A DNA stretch of 32,000 bases from Planctopirus limnophila DSM 3776 (GTDB lineage: Bacteria > Planctomycetota > Planctomycetia > Planctomycetales > Planctomycetaceae): the NCBI RefSeq assembly GCF_000092105.1, contig NC_014148.1, positions 2,910,001-2,942,000 on the forward strand, in the 5' to 3' direction. Position 1 is the first letter of the stretch. Every line of letters starts with the position of its first letter. Below the pieces are notes generated by a model. The model did no database searches. It was not told the DNA's origin and saw only the letters and a list, made by a program, of their open reading frames with translations. A program made the translations under genes and the position numbers. Below, in pieces: positions 9,873 to 19,699 of the stretch.

Positions 9873-10685
9873 CTAAAATGCGTTTGACTGGGGAGCTGCG
9901 GGTTTACCGCCAGCACGTGGCTTTTCACCAGTCAGGGCCATCGTTTCCAGCATGAGCGGTATGCCTTTGCCCAGGAAGATATTGGCATCCGAATCCGCAG
10001 GTGTCGCCACAATCACAGCCACCTGAACGTCCTGCTGCTGAATCAGGTAGACATCAAACAGGTACTGAACACCATCAATTGGCTGGCTGGGCCTGAGGTT
10101 GATGACAGTAAAGTTCTTCTCGGGCTGATAGCCCTGCACCTTCGGATACTTTTCCTGAAGGGCACGTCTTTGATCTTCTGGAATCGATAATGACTGCCAG
10201 AATCGATCCAGAAAACTCTGCGAAAATTCAGGGGCCTTCGCAATCTGATTGGCCTGTGAAAACATCGAGTAATTGCTGATCACATAGATGTAGGCTTTGC
10301 GCTCTGCAGCAGCCCCATTCACGGTGGCATTCACTTTTGTCTGCCAGGCACCGATCAATCCTGGAAACTCAAAGTTCATGTAATCCGGTTGTCGATGATC
10401 AATCACGACGGGTGCGGGTTTGCCCTCTTCAGCCTTAGGGACTTGTGGCTTTGGCATGAGTTGAAACTGTTTGGGAACCCTGAGCTCAATGCCGGAATCA
10501 CGCCAGAGAGGCCCGAGGTTCTGATCGAGAATTTCCAGGTAACGGAAATACTTGGCGGTTTCTTCGACTCGATTTTCATATGCGGCCGCACCACAGCCCG
10601 AAATGGTGAGAAACAAAGCTCCCAGGTATCCCAGAAGCCGGAAATGGCAACGGCTGATTGAGACAGGCTGATCCGACAAATTCAT
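9873..10685 (-). CDS. hypothetical lipoprotein
   Basis: Track ORF 9873..10709. From ATG 10685 the N-terminus MNLSDQPVSISRCHFRLLGYLGALFLTISGC reads as a signal peptide with a lipobox (ISG|C). The rest is soluble with no recognised domain. ATG 10709 is an alternative start. Confidence 0.7.
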   Translation of the reverse strand: MNLSDQPVSISRCHFRLLGYLGALFLTISGCGAAAYENRVEETAKYFRYLEILDQNLGPLWRDSGIELRVPKQFQLMPKPQVPKAEEGKPAPVVIDHRQPDYMNFEFPGLIGAWQTKVNATVNGAAAERKAYIYVISNYSMFSQANQIAKAPEFSQSFLDRFWQSLSIPEDQRRALQEKYPKVQGYQPEKNFTVINLRPSQPIDGVQYLFDVYLIQQQDVQVAVIVATPADSDANIFLGKGIPLMLETMALTGEKPRAGGKPAAPQSNAF

Positions 10686-10998
10686 GCTCGTTCCCACGAT
10701 CTGAACCATAATTCAAAATGTCATCTTGGGTGATCCGTCCGTTTCGAAAGATCACACAAAGTTACTGTCGCTCTGCAATTCCACTCTGACCAGCAGAAAT
10801 GCCTGAAGACCATAAAGTATCGTATGCGAAAGCCAGCCTGCGATGGTAATGAAATTCATCGGGGAAAGGGAGCTGAGCGATGCAGCGTGGCTGTTTAAGC
10901 CGATCGAAGAACGTGCATGATCGCGCATAAGCGACAGGACACGATGGTGCCCGGCCAGTCTACACGATCATCCCGCGTGGGATTCAGGGGTGACTGTG

Positions 10999-11820
10999 TC
11001 ATTCCCAGTTATCGATCAGATCGCGAAGCAGCGTCTCTCGGTTCTGGTCTTCAGCAGCCGGCTTTGCAGAAGCGGCAACAGCACCCGAATGTTCACCAGT
11101 TCGAGCCGGTGCTCCCATCTCTGTGTGAGCAGTGACGAGAGCCGAGGCCCCGCTGGTGACCTCAGGTCGTGAAGCCTGAGATTCAGACATTCGAGCTGTG
11201 ACACCGAAGGCCTCGCGATGACTGGGAGGGGGAACTGTTCGCGAATTGACCGCTGTCTGCGTCGCCATAGGAGTAGTTGCTGAGAGCGGCGAAACCGGAA
11301 TGTTTGCAGCCTGAGCGACCGGTGTGATTGGCCTCTGGGCAGCGAAGCCAGTGGCCGGTGAGGCTGTTGTCGCGCGGGAAACACCAAGAGCGGCCGCCGC
11401 TTGAGCTTCGACTCTCTGCATGACCATTTTTCGCCGCGGATCGAGCCTGGCCAGCTTGTTGAAAAGATCTTCCTTTGAAAAGCTGGTTTTGACGATGTAA
11501 TCCTGCGCCCCGGCCTGGATCGCTGCCATCACCGTGTCGCGCGTACTATCCGAAGTCAGCATGACCAGTGAGACATGGGACAGGCTGGGGTGCCCTCGGA
11601 AATGCTTGAGAGTCTTGATTCCATCCCAACCGGGCATCTGGACATCGATCAGGACGATATCAGGTGGATGTTCGGCAGCCTTGTAGAAACCTTCGGCTCC
11701 ATCAGCTGCCACAGCCACGAAATACTCTTTGCGAAGTAAAGTCGTAATCAGACTGCGAAACAAAGGATCGTCATCGATCACCAGAACGCGCGGGCGGTCG
11801 TTCGATGGGAGCTCATTCAT
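10999..11820 (-). CDS. response regulator: CheY-like receiver domain plus a long disordered Ala/Pro/Thr/Ser-rich tail
   Basis: Receiver-domain residues: VLVIDDD, the phospho-acceptor Asp in [17 protein letters not shown] and DYIVK. No DNA-binding or enzymatic output domain follows, only about 140 aa of low-complexity sequence. The track ORF opens at TTG 11838; ATG 11820 ([18 protein letters not shown]) is preferred. Confidence 0.88.
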   Translation of the reverse strand: MNELPSNDRPRVLVIDDDPLFRSLITTLLRKEYFVAVAADGAEGFYKAAEHPPDIVLIDVQMPGWDGIKTLKHFRGHPSLSHVSLVMLTSDSTRDTVMAAIQAGAQDYIVKTSFSKEDLFNKLARLDPRRKMVMQRVEAQAAAALGVSRATTASPATGFAAQRPITPVAQAANIPVSPLSATTPMATQTAVNSRTVPPPSHREAFGVTARMSESQASRPEVTSGASALVTAHTEMGAPARTGEHSGAVAASAKPAAEDQNRETLLRDLIDNWE

Positions 11821-12200
11821 CGAAAGCAATGCACCCAAAAAATGATGGAATGGGGAAGTTCAACTCGATTCGAATGGCTATCAGTCTGGAGTATCACCCA
11901 TGATGACAGACACTCGGCACGACAGGATCAGGAAGTGCTTGTGTAATCCTACAACACGAACGGCCAGCGTCCGGCCTTGAGTTGACTTTTTTCCACAAAT
12001 CCCGGGATGTCTTCGCGGTGCAACATCGCCAGTTGACGATCTGTATCGATTCTGCTGGCTAGTCCAGTGGTCCCCAGTATAGCTGGCTCAAAACAAAATT
12101 CAGGTTCATGACAAATCACCAAAAAGTCGAGCCCGGCCTCAATGGCACATCTGCTGAGCGAGCGTGCAGACAACAATCGACGACAACGTCTTTTAACTCA

Positions 12201-13997
12201 TCACTTTCCGGGGAACCGAATAGTTCCATCCCAATCTTTGGGAGGTTGACGATTATTCATCGCGATCTGATGAATCAGAAAATCCTGTGCCCGGTCACTG
12301 CTGGGCATGGAATGCAGGCACCGGTACGCTTCCTCCCAATCCCCTGCGATAAACTTTTCGACGCCGAGTTCGTAAGTCTGAATCTGGCTATCAGAAAGGA
12401 GTGGATAATCCTTTTCTCCGGGTAAAAGCTCGTGGACGACCACAGGTCGATCCATGCCATATGGCAATACGCGGGCCAGCTTGCGCAGCCGCCCGATTTC
12501 CGGAGGTAATCGTTGTCTGATCAGTTGTGCTGTCGGATCGTCGAGCAAAATCGGAACTCTGAGCTGTTTCGTCAGCCCTTCGAGCCGGCTGGCCAGATTG
12601 ACCACAGGCCCGAAAACGGTCACTTTCACCTGTTCGAGGGTCCCGATTTTTCCTGCCACGGCCCGCCCATGAGCCAGGCCAATTCCCATGGCAAAATCTG
12701 AGAGCGGGTGGTCTTTTCGGCCCCGTTTACTGTCAAATTCGCAGCGAATGGCCAGGGCGGCCCGGCAGGCATTCACAGCCAGATCGGTCGAAGGGAATGG
12801 CCATCCCCAAAATCCTAAGGTGGCATCTCCCTGAAAATCACCCGTCACTCCGCCATGCGAAAGAATCTGCTGCGTCATCACTCCTAAAGCCCGACTGACA
12901 CGATCAAGTAACCCGAGAAGATCATCACTGGCACCTTCCGCTTTTTGCGAAAAGCCCCTTAAATCACAAAACATCACCGTGACATCACATTCGCACGGTT
13001 CAAGGAGCGCAGTATCAAGATCATCGCCCAGTGCTGCCAGAATCGGAGGAGCAAAAAACTGTCTCAGTCCAGATCGCTGTCTCTCCCAGCGCCTCGATTT
13101 CAGAACTGCACCAATGATTTGTGAGACAAGTTCTGTGAACTTGACGTCGGCATCGAGATGAGTGCGATCCAGATCGAATGCCGTTTCATTGACTGGTAGA
13201 TTTCGCTGGCCTGCCAGATAAAACCCAGTCCTCTGCAGTGAAAGCCCTTCGACAGGAGTACAACTTGCCCAATCGAAATCCACAGTGAAAGTATGATCCA
13301 GTTGAGTCGTCTGCTGGGGATCCCAGACCTGGAGCACGCTGTGGGGCTGGCTCGAAGCCAGAGCCTCCTGCACCAGACGACGGCTGGGTCGAAACTCGCC
13401 AGCCGTTTCACGACGACGATCCCAGTGCAATAAACGCACCGTATCATCTCTTGTCAGCTCAACAATCCCTGCCGCTTCAGCATTGACGATCCCTCGCAAC
13501 AGCAGTTTGCACAGCCTGACAAAAAGTTCGGCTTCTGTCCGTGCACCAGCAATGACTTCAGGCAAATGCGTCAATACTTCAATTCGATTTTCCGCATCCG
13601 GGTAACGAACTTTCTTCAGTGCTTGTGAACTGAAGTTGACCTGCGAGACAGCTGGCTCTGCGGCTGAGGGTGTGAGGCCTTGAACCGCCTCGTTCTCCTG
13701 CAGTGCGACAACCTGCAGGACCGTACTGCCTACGACCACACATTGGCCGATCTCGACCCGGCAGACATCGATCTCCTTGCCTTGAAAAAAAACAGGATTG
13801 GTGGCTTCCATGAGCCGACGGACAACGACATGATCACTCTGCAGTTGGAGTGTGGCCTGCTTCCGAGAAACGTAACGATCATGCGGGATGGATATGTCAC
13901 ATTCCGGAGCCCGCCCAACAATCAGCGGCCTGTTCGCTGGCAAAGAAAATCGCCCCCACAGGTGCCCCTCAGCATTCGTTGCGATGACTTCGTACAT
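12201..13997 (-). CDS. FHA domain-containing class III nucleotidyl (adenylate/guanylate) cyclase
   Basis: The N-terminus carries an FHA signature (LIVGRAPECDISIP...YVSRKQATL...EATNPVFFQGKEI). The C-terminal cyclase homology domain has VTVMFCDLRGFSQ, GGVTGDFQGDATLGFWGWP and VFGPVVNLASRLEG. The track ORF opens at TTG 14009. ATG 13997 has GAGG about 6 nt upstream. Confidence 0.9.
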   Translation of the reverse strand: MYEVIATNAEGHLWGRFSLPANRPLIVGRAPECDISIPHDRYVSRKQATLQLQSDHVVVRRLMEATNPVFFQGKEIDVCRVEIGQCVVVGSTVLQVVALQENEAVQGLTPSAAEPAVSQVNFSSQALKKVRYPDAENRIEVLTHLPEVIAGARTEAELFVRLCKLLLRGIVNAEAAGIVELTRDDTVRLLHWDRRRETAGEFRPSRRLVQEALASSQPHSVLQVWDPQQTTQLDHTFTVDFDWASCTPVEGLSLQRTGFYLAGQRNLPVNETAFDLDRTHLDADVKFTELVSQIIGAVLKSRRWERQRSGLRQFFAPPILAALGDDLDTALLEPCECDVTVMFCDLRGFSQKAEGASDDLLGLLDRVSRALGVMTQQILSHGGVTGDFQGDATLGFWGWPFPSTDLAVNACRAALAIRCEFDSKRGRKDHPLSDFAMGIGLAHGRAVAGKIGTLEQVKVTVFGPVVNLASRLEGLTKQLRVPILLDDPTAQLIRQRLPPEIGRLRKLARVLPYGMDRPVVVHELLPGEKDYPLLSDSQIQTYELGVEKFIAGDWEEAYRCLHSMPSSDRAQDFLIHQIAMNNRQPPKDWDGTIRFPGK

Positions 13998-14119
13998 CCC
14001 TGCCCTCAAATCTTACCCAGCCTCAAGCCCAATCCAGCATCAATTAACCACCCTCGCCTGCACCAACTCCAGACAACAATTCGTGGATAGGCCGCGATGA
14101 GTTTCAAAGGGATCTGTCT

Positions 14120-16414
14120 TCATCCTGAGACAGGCCCGGATGATTTCGCATCTTTTGAACTTTCAGACGTTAAAGAGTTCGATGAGTGGAAACTCAGTCC
14201 AGACAACCCGAACTTTGATAATCGGCGGCGTTTGGCCGGTCTTTCGGATAGCGCCATGATGAGAGTCAACCAGGTGGTCACGACGATTCCGAAAACCAGC
14301 ACCACTCCCCAGTAAGCCAGTTGAAACAATCGCGTACGCATTTCCTCAACAGGAGCATTCACATCGGTTTTTCGTTCCTGAACAACGGCGATCCAGTTCG
14401 TGCTGGCGACGGGACTGAAGGCTGCCAGCCAGTCACCGCCATACTGCTCGGGATCAAACTGAGAAACAGGATCGACATAATCCTGTGTTCGATCAAACTG
14501 AGCTGCTTCAATCGAGCCGGGATTAAGTTTGAGTAATGATTGAAGCCGATTTCTCGCATCCGGATCGAGCGAGAGCGATAAAAACTGCTGGAGTGTCAGT
14601 TTCGACAGATGCTCATCATCCATCCACGGGTGAGCCAGCAATTTCCATTCGCGATGATCGACCAGTGCAATCACTCGACTGACACCATTGGCGTACTGAT
14701 CCCGCAAGAGATCATCGTATTCAACGAGTAACTCTCCCAGATAAATCGAGCGGGCGAGCACGCCAATCACTTGATCGGGCTTGTCATAATCGAAGATCGG
14801 CACTGAGAGTGCGACTTTGTACCGGCCAGTCGTAGCACTGGTGTAGACCATCGAAAGATGGGGTTTCGAGATTGGCTGAAGATCATCCGGTAGTTGCCCG
14901 GGAGAAAACTCTTCGCCCAGACCGTGAAAATAATCTCGATGAGCGAAGTTTTCATCGAGGCTGACGTCGCTGGCCGGTTCCCTCCAGATCTGAACTCCTG
15001 TGGTATTCTGCAGAAACCAGCTATCGTCCAACTGGCGCCCTTCCGCCCGATGACGATCATCAACTTCCATTTTCAGTGATGTCATTAATTCATTGAGCTC
15101 ACCTCTCTCAGCGGGTGGCATATCAGCCAGCATCGCCACTGTTCTTTGGACCCGTGGATACTGGGCAATTCGCAGCAGTTCATCAAAACGATCCAGGATC
15201 TCCCGTTCGATCGAACGGGAGAGCAAATTCGCGGAAACCACATCACTTTCCAGTGCCCGATCGGTCAGTCTCACACGGGCTGTGGTGACAGAGACCCGAA
15301 TGGCCTCAACTGCCAAAGGTGCCATGCACAGCAAGAGAATGACTGGCAGCAAAATCCCTAATAGAAATAAAGGTCGTCGAGAGCGTTGCGTCTCTCGGAT
15401 CTGGAGTTGATCAAGGAATGCCTGAGCGTTTGGAAATCGACGTGCGGGATCAATGGCCAGAGATCGATCGATGATGTCGGCCAATTGGCGATCAACACCC
15501 GGAACTGTCCGATGTCGATTGGGTGCTGGATGTTCCCTTACAAATTGCCGGTATGCTGCCAGCCGTCCCTCAAGTGACGTTTGTTGCTTGAGCAAGCTCT
15601 CAAATTCGTCTGACCGATAAGGGGGCTCACCAACCAGCATGTGATAAAACATCGCACCCAGGGCGTAGACATCCCAACGTGCATCAGGAATGGCCTTGAG
15701 ATCTGCCTGCTCGGGAGCCATGTAGAAGAGTGTCCCCAGGGCATGGCTTTGTTCTTCGACCAGTCGCGATTGTCCAAAATCGCAAAGTCTTGGTTCGAGA
15801 TCCTGATCGAGCAGAATATTGGCGGGCTTCAGATCGCAATGCAGAATTCCACTGCCGTGAGCATGCACGAGCCCCCTGGCAATCTGCTTCGCCATGTGAA
15901 CGGCTTCTGCCGGACGGAGTGGCCCCTCTTCCAGCAACATGGCCAATGAGCCGTTTGGCAAATACTCCATCACATAGTAAGGCGGATCATAATCCCACCC
16001 GACTTCCAGCAATCCGACAATCTGCCGGGAGGTGTAGAGAACCGCCAGCTTTTCCACTTCCCGCGAGAGAAGTGCCCAATCGATGTTTCGGCGATTGGTG
16101 TAGAACTTGATGGCGACTTGCTTGCCTGTATTGGTCTCTCTGGCCAGCCAGACCGAGCCGAACTTCCCTTCTCCGAGCTTTTCGAGAATCCGAAAACCCG
16201 GTACTGCAGCAGGAGCGATCAACGCCTGAGCATCGATGAGTTGTTCACTCAACCAGCAGCTTTTCTGAAGCAGTTCTGAATTCTGTACAAGAGTCTCACC
16301 CAACTCCTCCTCGTTAACAGGTAGCGCGGAAGTTTTGCTCAAGTGATTCTCGTCAGACGGTGCGGTCGTCGAATCTGATCGAGGCGCTGAAGTTCCTTCT
16401 GATTGATTCGACAT
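14120..16414 (-). CDS. membrane Ser/Thr protein kinase (Hanks-type) with a Cache-like extracytoplasmic sensor domain
   Basis: Kinase motifs: LGEGKFGSVW, VAIKFY, HCDLKPANILL, DFGQS and MAPEQ. TM1 is LFLLGILLPVILLLCMAPLAV. A segment of about 325 aa follows with a Cache-like pattern (HRDYFHG, TTGRYKVALSVPIFD, VIGVLARSIYLGEL). TM2 is YWGVVLVFGIVVTTWLTLIMAL, followed by a short Ser-rich tail. Confidence 0.93.
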   Translation of the reverse strand: MSNQSEGTSAPRSDSTTAPSDENHLSKTSALPVNEEELGETLVQNSELLQKSCWLSEQLIDAQALIAPAAVPGFRILEKLGEGKFGSVWLARETNTGKQVAIKFYTNRRNIDWALLSREVEKLAVLYTSRQIVGLLEVGWDYDPPYYVMEYLPNGSLAMLLEEGPLRPAEAVHMAKQIARGLVHAHGSGILHCDLKPANILLDQDLEPRLCDFGQSRLVEEQSHALGTLFYMAPEQADLKAIPDARWDVYALGAMFYHMLVGEPPYRSDEFESLLKQQTSLEGRLAAYRQFVREHPAPNRHRTVPGVDRQLADIIDRSLAIDPARRFPNAQAFLDQLQIRETQRSRRPLFLLGILLPVILLLCMAPLAVEAIRVSVTTARVRLTDRALESDVVSANLLSRSIEREILDRFDELLRIAQYPRVQRTVAMLADMPPAERGELNELMTSLKMEVDDRHRAEGRQLDDSWFLQNTTGVQIWREPASDVSLDENFAHRDYFHGLGEEFSPGQLPDDLQPISKPHLSMVYTSATTGRYKVALSVPIFDYDKPDQVIGVLARSIYLGELLVEYDDLLRDQYANGVSRVIALVDHREWKLLAHPWMDDEHLSKLTLQQFLSLSLDPDARNRLQSLLKLNPGSIEAAQFDRTQDYVDPVSQFDPEQYGGDWLAAFSPVASTNWIAVVQERKTDVNAPVEEMRTRLFQLAYWGVVLVFGIVVTTWLTLIMALSERPAKRRRLSKFGLSGLSFHSSNSLTSESSKDAKSSGPVSG

Positions 16415-16867
16415 GTGATTCCATCCACAAGAAATCTCAATGACTGATCAGATTGACCGAACACCAATTGAGCGCTCAGGAATTTGTTGGTTCCCACTCA
16501 AGACTCGTTCTTCAAGCACTGATTGAAGTCCACGTTTCTGCCATCAGGATGAATGCCTGAAATCACGTCTCTTCAGCCTGACATTCTGGCTTTCTAAAGA
16601 AAAGCCTCAGCGATGGCTTTGGTGAATCTGCCCCAGCCATCAGGCTCTCATTTTCTCTCCGCAGCAGGTCAATGGAACATTCGCTTTTTGAGCTGCTGAG
16701 TTAATTGTGACGAAAGTCCCGACATGGTATCCTTTTAGGTTCATTGAAGCAGTGTATTCAACTCTTCTGCAGGATTCCATAACCAAATATCCTGCATGGG
16801 GTTACGACGACACTGAAAGCGCCGGACAGAGTTCGGCATCACTGTGCTCATTTCAGGAGTGTTTGCA

Positions 16868-19699
16868 TTGTCAAACGGGGACGTGCCGTCGGCCAGTTTT
16901 ACGCCGCAACCGGATCGAATTCTCCCAGTGGCTATCGAGGGAGAAATGCGAACCAGCTATGTCACTTACGCGATGAGCGTGATCATTAGCCGGGCACTTC
17001 CTGATGCGCGTGATGGACTCAAGCCCTCTCAGCGCCGCATTCTTGTGGCCATGAACGATTTGAATCTGGGGCCAAACTCCGGGCGAGTCAAATGCGCAAA
17101 AATCTGTGGTGATACGAGCGGCAACTATCACCCCCACGGCGATGGCTCCATCTACCCGACACTGGTTCGTCTGGCACAGAACTGGAACATGCGGGAAACG
17201 CTGATCGATAAGCAGGGGAACTTTGGTTCGCTGGCTGGTCTGCCACCTGCCGCCATGCGATACACTGAAGCCAGGCTCTCAGCTGTGGCCTCCGAGATGC
17301 TGGACGACCTGAAGCGAGACACCGTGGACTATGTGCTGACATACGATCAGCGCAACCGCGAACCAGTGGTGCTTCCTTCGAGATTTCCGAACCTGCTGGT
17401 GAATGGTTCCAGCGGTATTGCAGTGGGTATGGCCACGAGCATTCCACCACATAATCTGGCTGAGGTTTCTCAGGCCGTCATTCGCCTGCTCGAAGACCCT
17501 GAGACTTCCATTGATGAACTGATGGAAGTTCTCCCTGGCCCGGATTTCCCCACAGGAGGGATCATCTGTGGCAGGTACGGCATTCGTCAGGGATATCTGA
17601 CAGGCCGCAGCACGTTGACACTCCGGGCAAAAACCCGCTTTCTCACAGAGAAAAACACCGACATTATTGAAGTGACCGAGATCCCTTATCTCGAAACCCG
17701 CGACCGTATTCGAGAGAAACTCGAACAACTCGTGCGCGACGACAAAATCAAAGGGATTTCCCGCATTGTCGATCTGACAGACCGCACCACACCGGCGTGG
17801 CAGGTTTGCCTGCATATTGTGCTCAAGCGGGATGCTGACAAAGAAGTGATTCTCAATCAGCTCTTCCAGTATTCACCGCTGCAATCGACTTTCAGCGTGA
17901 TTCTCCTGGCCTTGTCGGGAAATCGTCCCAAGACGATGAACATCAAGGAACTCATTGGAGAATTCATCCGGCATCGAATCACTGTCATTCGCCGCAAAAC
18001 CGAATTTCAACTGGCAGAAGCCCGCAAGCGTAAGCACACCATCGAAGGCTTGCTCATTGCCCAGTTGAACATCGACGAAGTCATCCAGACGATTCGATCT
18101 TCAGGCTCCCGGGCTGAAGCGAAAGAACGATTGCAAGCGATACTTGTTCCATCCGCCATGGTCGCCCGTGCTCTGGGCGATGCCGGTTTTATGGAATTCC
18201 AGTCTGAACAGGGAGTGCGTGAAACCTATTCACTCTCCGCCAACCAGACGGAAGCCATTGTGTCGATGCAGCTGGGCTCGCTCGCCAATCTGGAGCAGGA
18301 GAAGCTGCGCGGTGAACACCAAAGGCTGATCGAAGACATTTTCGGCTATCTCCATCTGCTGAGTGATGAAGCTCATATTCGAGCTGTCATTCGTGAGGAA
18401 ATGCAGAAACTTGGCGACAAGTACGGCAACGCCCGCCGGACAGAGATCTCTGAAGATGAACTCAGCGACGTCGATAAGGAAGATCTCATCCCGGAAGAGA
18501 TGATGGTCGTCACGTTGTCCCAGCGCGGGTACATCAAACGTCTGCCAATTCACACTTACCAGGCGCAGAATCGCGGTGGACGCGGAATCATGGGCGCGAA
18601 AGCCGATGATGAAGACGCCATCCAGGATCTTTTCATTTCCAGCACCCACGACTGGCTGCTGTTCTTTACGGATAAAGGACGCGTATTCTGGCAGAAAGTC
18701 TACGATCTGCCCCTGCAGAGCCGCACAAGTAAAGGCCGCGCTCTGGTCAACCTGCTTTCGCTTCAGGAAGGTGAGCAGGTCGCCACATGTGTCAATACGC
18801 GCACGTTTGAAGAAAATCGTTATCTCGTCATGGCTACCCGGGCAGGGATTGTCAAAAAGACCTCGCTGGATGCTTACAAACGTCCCACCAAGGGGGGGAT
18901 CATTGCCATCAACCTGAAGGATGGGGATGCACTGATCGAGGCCCGCATTCTATCGGCTCAGGAAGATATTCTTCTGTCCACAGCCAACGGGATGGCCATC
19001 CGGTTTTCTCAGGCAGATGCCCGGGCCATGGGTCGCAACACGAGTGGCGTTCGCGGTATCAAACTCCGAAAAGACGACGAAGTAATCGGGATGGTTGTCG
19101 CTGACCCGGCGATGACTCTCCTGACGATGTGCGAAAAAGGCTACGGAAAGAGAACTCCGTTCGGCTTCATCGAATCAGCTCCCGTCGTCGAAGACGTGAT
19201 CCCCGGAGAAGATGGCGTTGTGGCCGACGAAGAGATCGCCGAAGCCTTGCCCGAAGAGACCGATACTGAAGAGGCAGCTGGCGAAGAGGGCGACGAATCA
19301 AGCTCTTCATCCCGTTCCTACAGGCGTCAACGACGTGGCGGTCTGGGTGTCCGGGATATTCGAGTCATCCCACGCAATGGGAAAGTGGTCAAGATTCTGG
19401 CAGTCCAGGAGGGTGACCACGTGCTGATCGTGACAGCGGGCGGCAAGATTCAACGTGTGCGAGCAGCGGAAATCAGCGAAATCGGTCGTAACACACAGGG
19501 AGTGCGAGTTATTAAGCTGACTGAAGGCGATCGCGTCGCGTCGATGGCACGCATTCCCGCCGATCTCTGCCAGGAAACAATCGAGGAGAAGCTTGATATC
19601 GAGCCGAAAGCACAGGTCGAAGACATACCCGCAGATCAGGCCAACCCTCCCGAAACGTCTACTCTCGGAGATGAACAAACAACTGATTCCGGCGAATAG
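16868..19699 (+). CDS. gyrA: DNA gyrase subunit A
   Basis: Motifs [35 protein letters not shown], the catalytic-Tyr region [10 protein letters not shown] and the GyrA box QNRGGRG, plus repeated beta-pinwheel blades. The track ORF opens at GTG 16844. The in-frame TTG 16868 has AGGAG (16855..16859) 8 nt upstream and gives MSNGDVPS... Confidence 0.96.
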   Translation: MSNGDVPSASFTPQPDRILPVAIEGEMRTSYVTYAMSVIISRALPDARDGLKPSQRRILVAMNDLNLGPNSGRVKCAKICGDTSGNYHPHGDGSIYPTLVRLAQNWNMRETLIDKQGNFGSLAGLPPAAMRYTEARLSAVASEMLDDLKRDTVDYVLTYDQRNREPVVLPSRFPNLLVNGSSGIAVGMATSIPPHNLAEVSQAVIRLLEDPETSIDELMEVLPGPDFPTGGIICGRYGIRQGYLTGRSTLTLRAKTRFLTEKNTDIIEVTEIPYLETRDRIREKLEQLVRDDKIKGISRIVDLTDRTTPAWQVCLHIVLKRDADKEVILNQLFQYSPLQSTFSVILLALSGNRPKTMNIKELIGEFIRHRITVIRRKTEFQLAEARKRKHTIEGLLIAQLNIDEVIQTIRSSGSRAEAKERLQAILVPSAMVARALGDAGFMEFQSEQGVRETYSLSANQTEAIVSMQLGSLANLEQEKLRGEHQRLIEDIFGYLHLLSDEAHIRAVIREEMQKLGDKYGNARRTEISEDELSDVDKEDLIPEEMMVVTLSQRGYIKRLPIHTYQAQNRGGRGIMGAKADDEDAIQDLFISSTHDWLLFFTDKGRVFWQKVYDLPLQSRTSKGRALVNLLSLQEGEQVATCVNTRTFEENRYLVMATRAGIVKKTSLDAYKRPTKGGIIAINLKDGDALIEARILSAQEDILLSTANGMAIRFSQADARAMGRNTSGVRGIKLRKDDEVIGMVVADPAMTLLTMCEKGYGKRTPFGFIESAPVVEDVIPGEDGVVADEEIAEALPEETDTEEAAGEEGDESSSSSRSYRRQRRGGLGVRDIRVIPRNGKVVKILAVQEGDHVLIVTAGGKIQRVRAAEISEIGRNTQGVRVIKLTEGDRVASMARIPADLCQETIEEKLDIEPKAQVEDIPADQANPPETSTLGDEQTTDSGE

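Noticed and set aside
16415-16867. A large divergent intergenic region of about 450 nt between the kinase gene and gyrA. It contains track ORF 16707..16976, a repeated 9-mer gccatcagg (16540..16548 and 16636..16644) and an 8-bp inverted repeat tgcaggat/atcctgca (16768..16796).
   Set aside because: The ORF runs into gyrA out of frame and has no SD. A single 9-mer repeat and an 8-bp inverted repeat are within chance expectation for a region of this size. I saw no tRNA-like or other recognisable RNA structure.
17279-17815. A 178-aa minus-strand ORF inside gyrA. ORFs 21989..22606 (antisense to the NYN gene), 25815..26300 (antisense to P-II) and 11016..11387 (alternative frame of the receiver tail) are similar cases.
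   Set aside because: All overlap genes with strong family signatures on the other strand or frame and show no motifs of their own.
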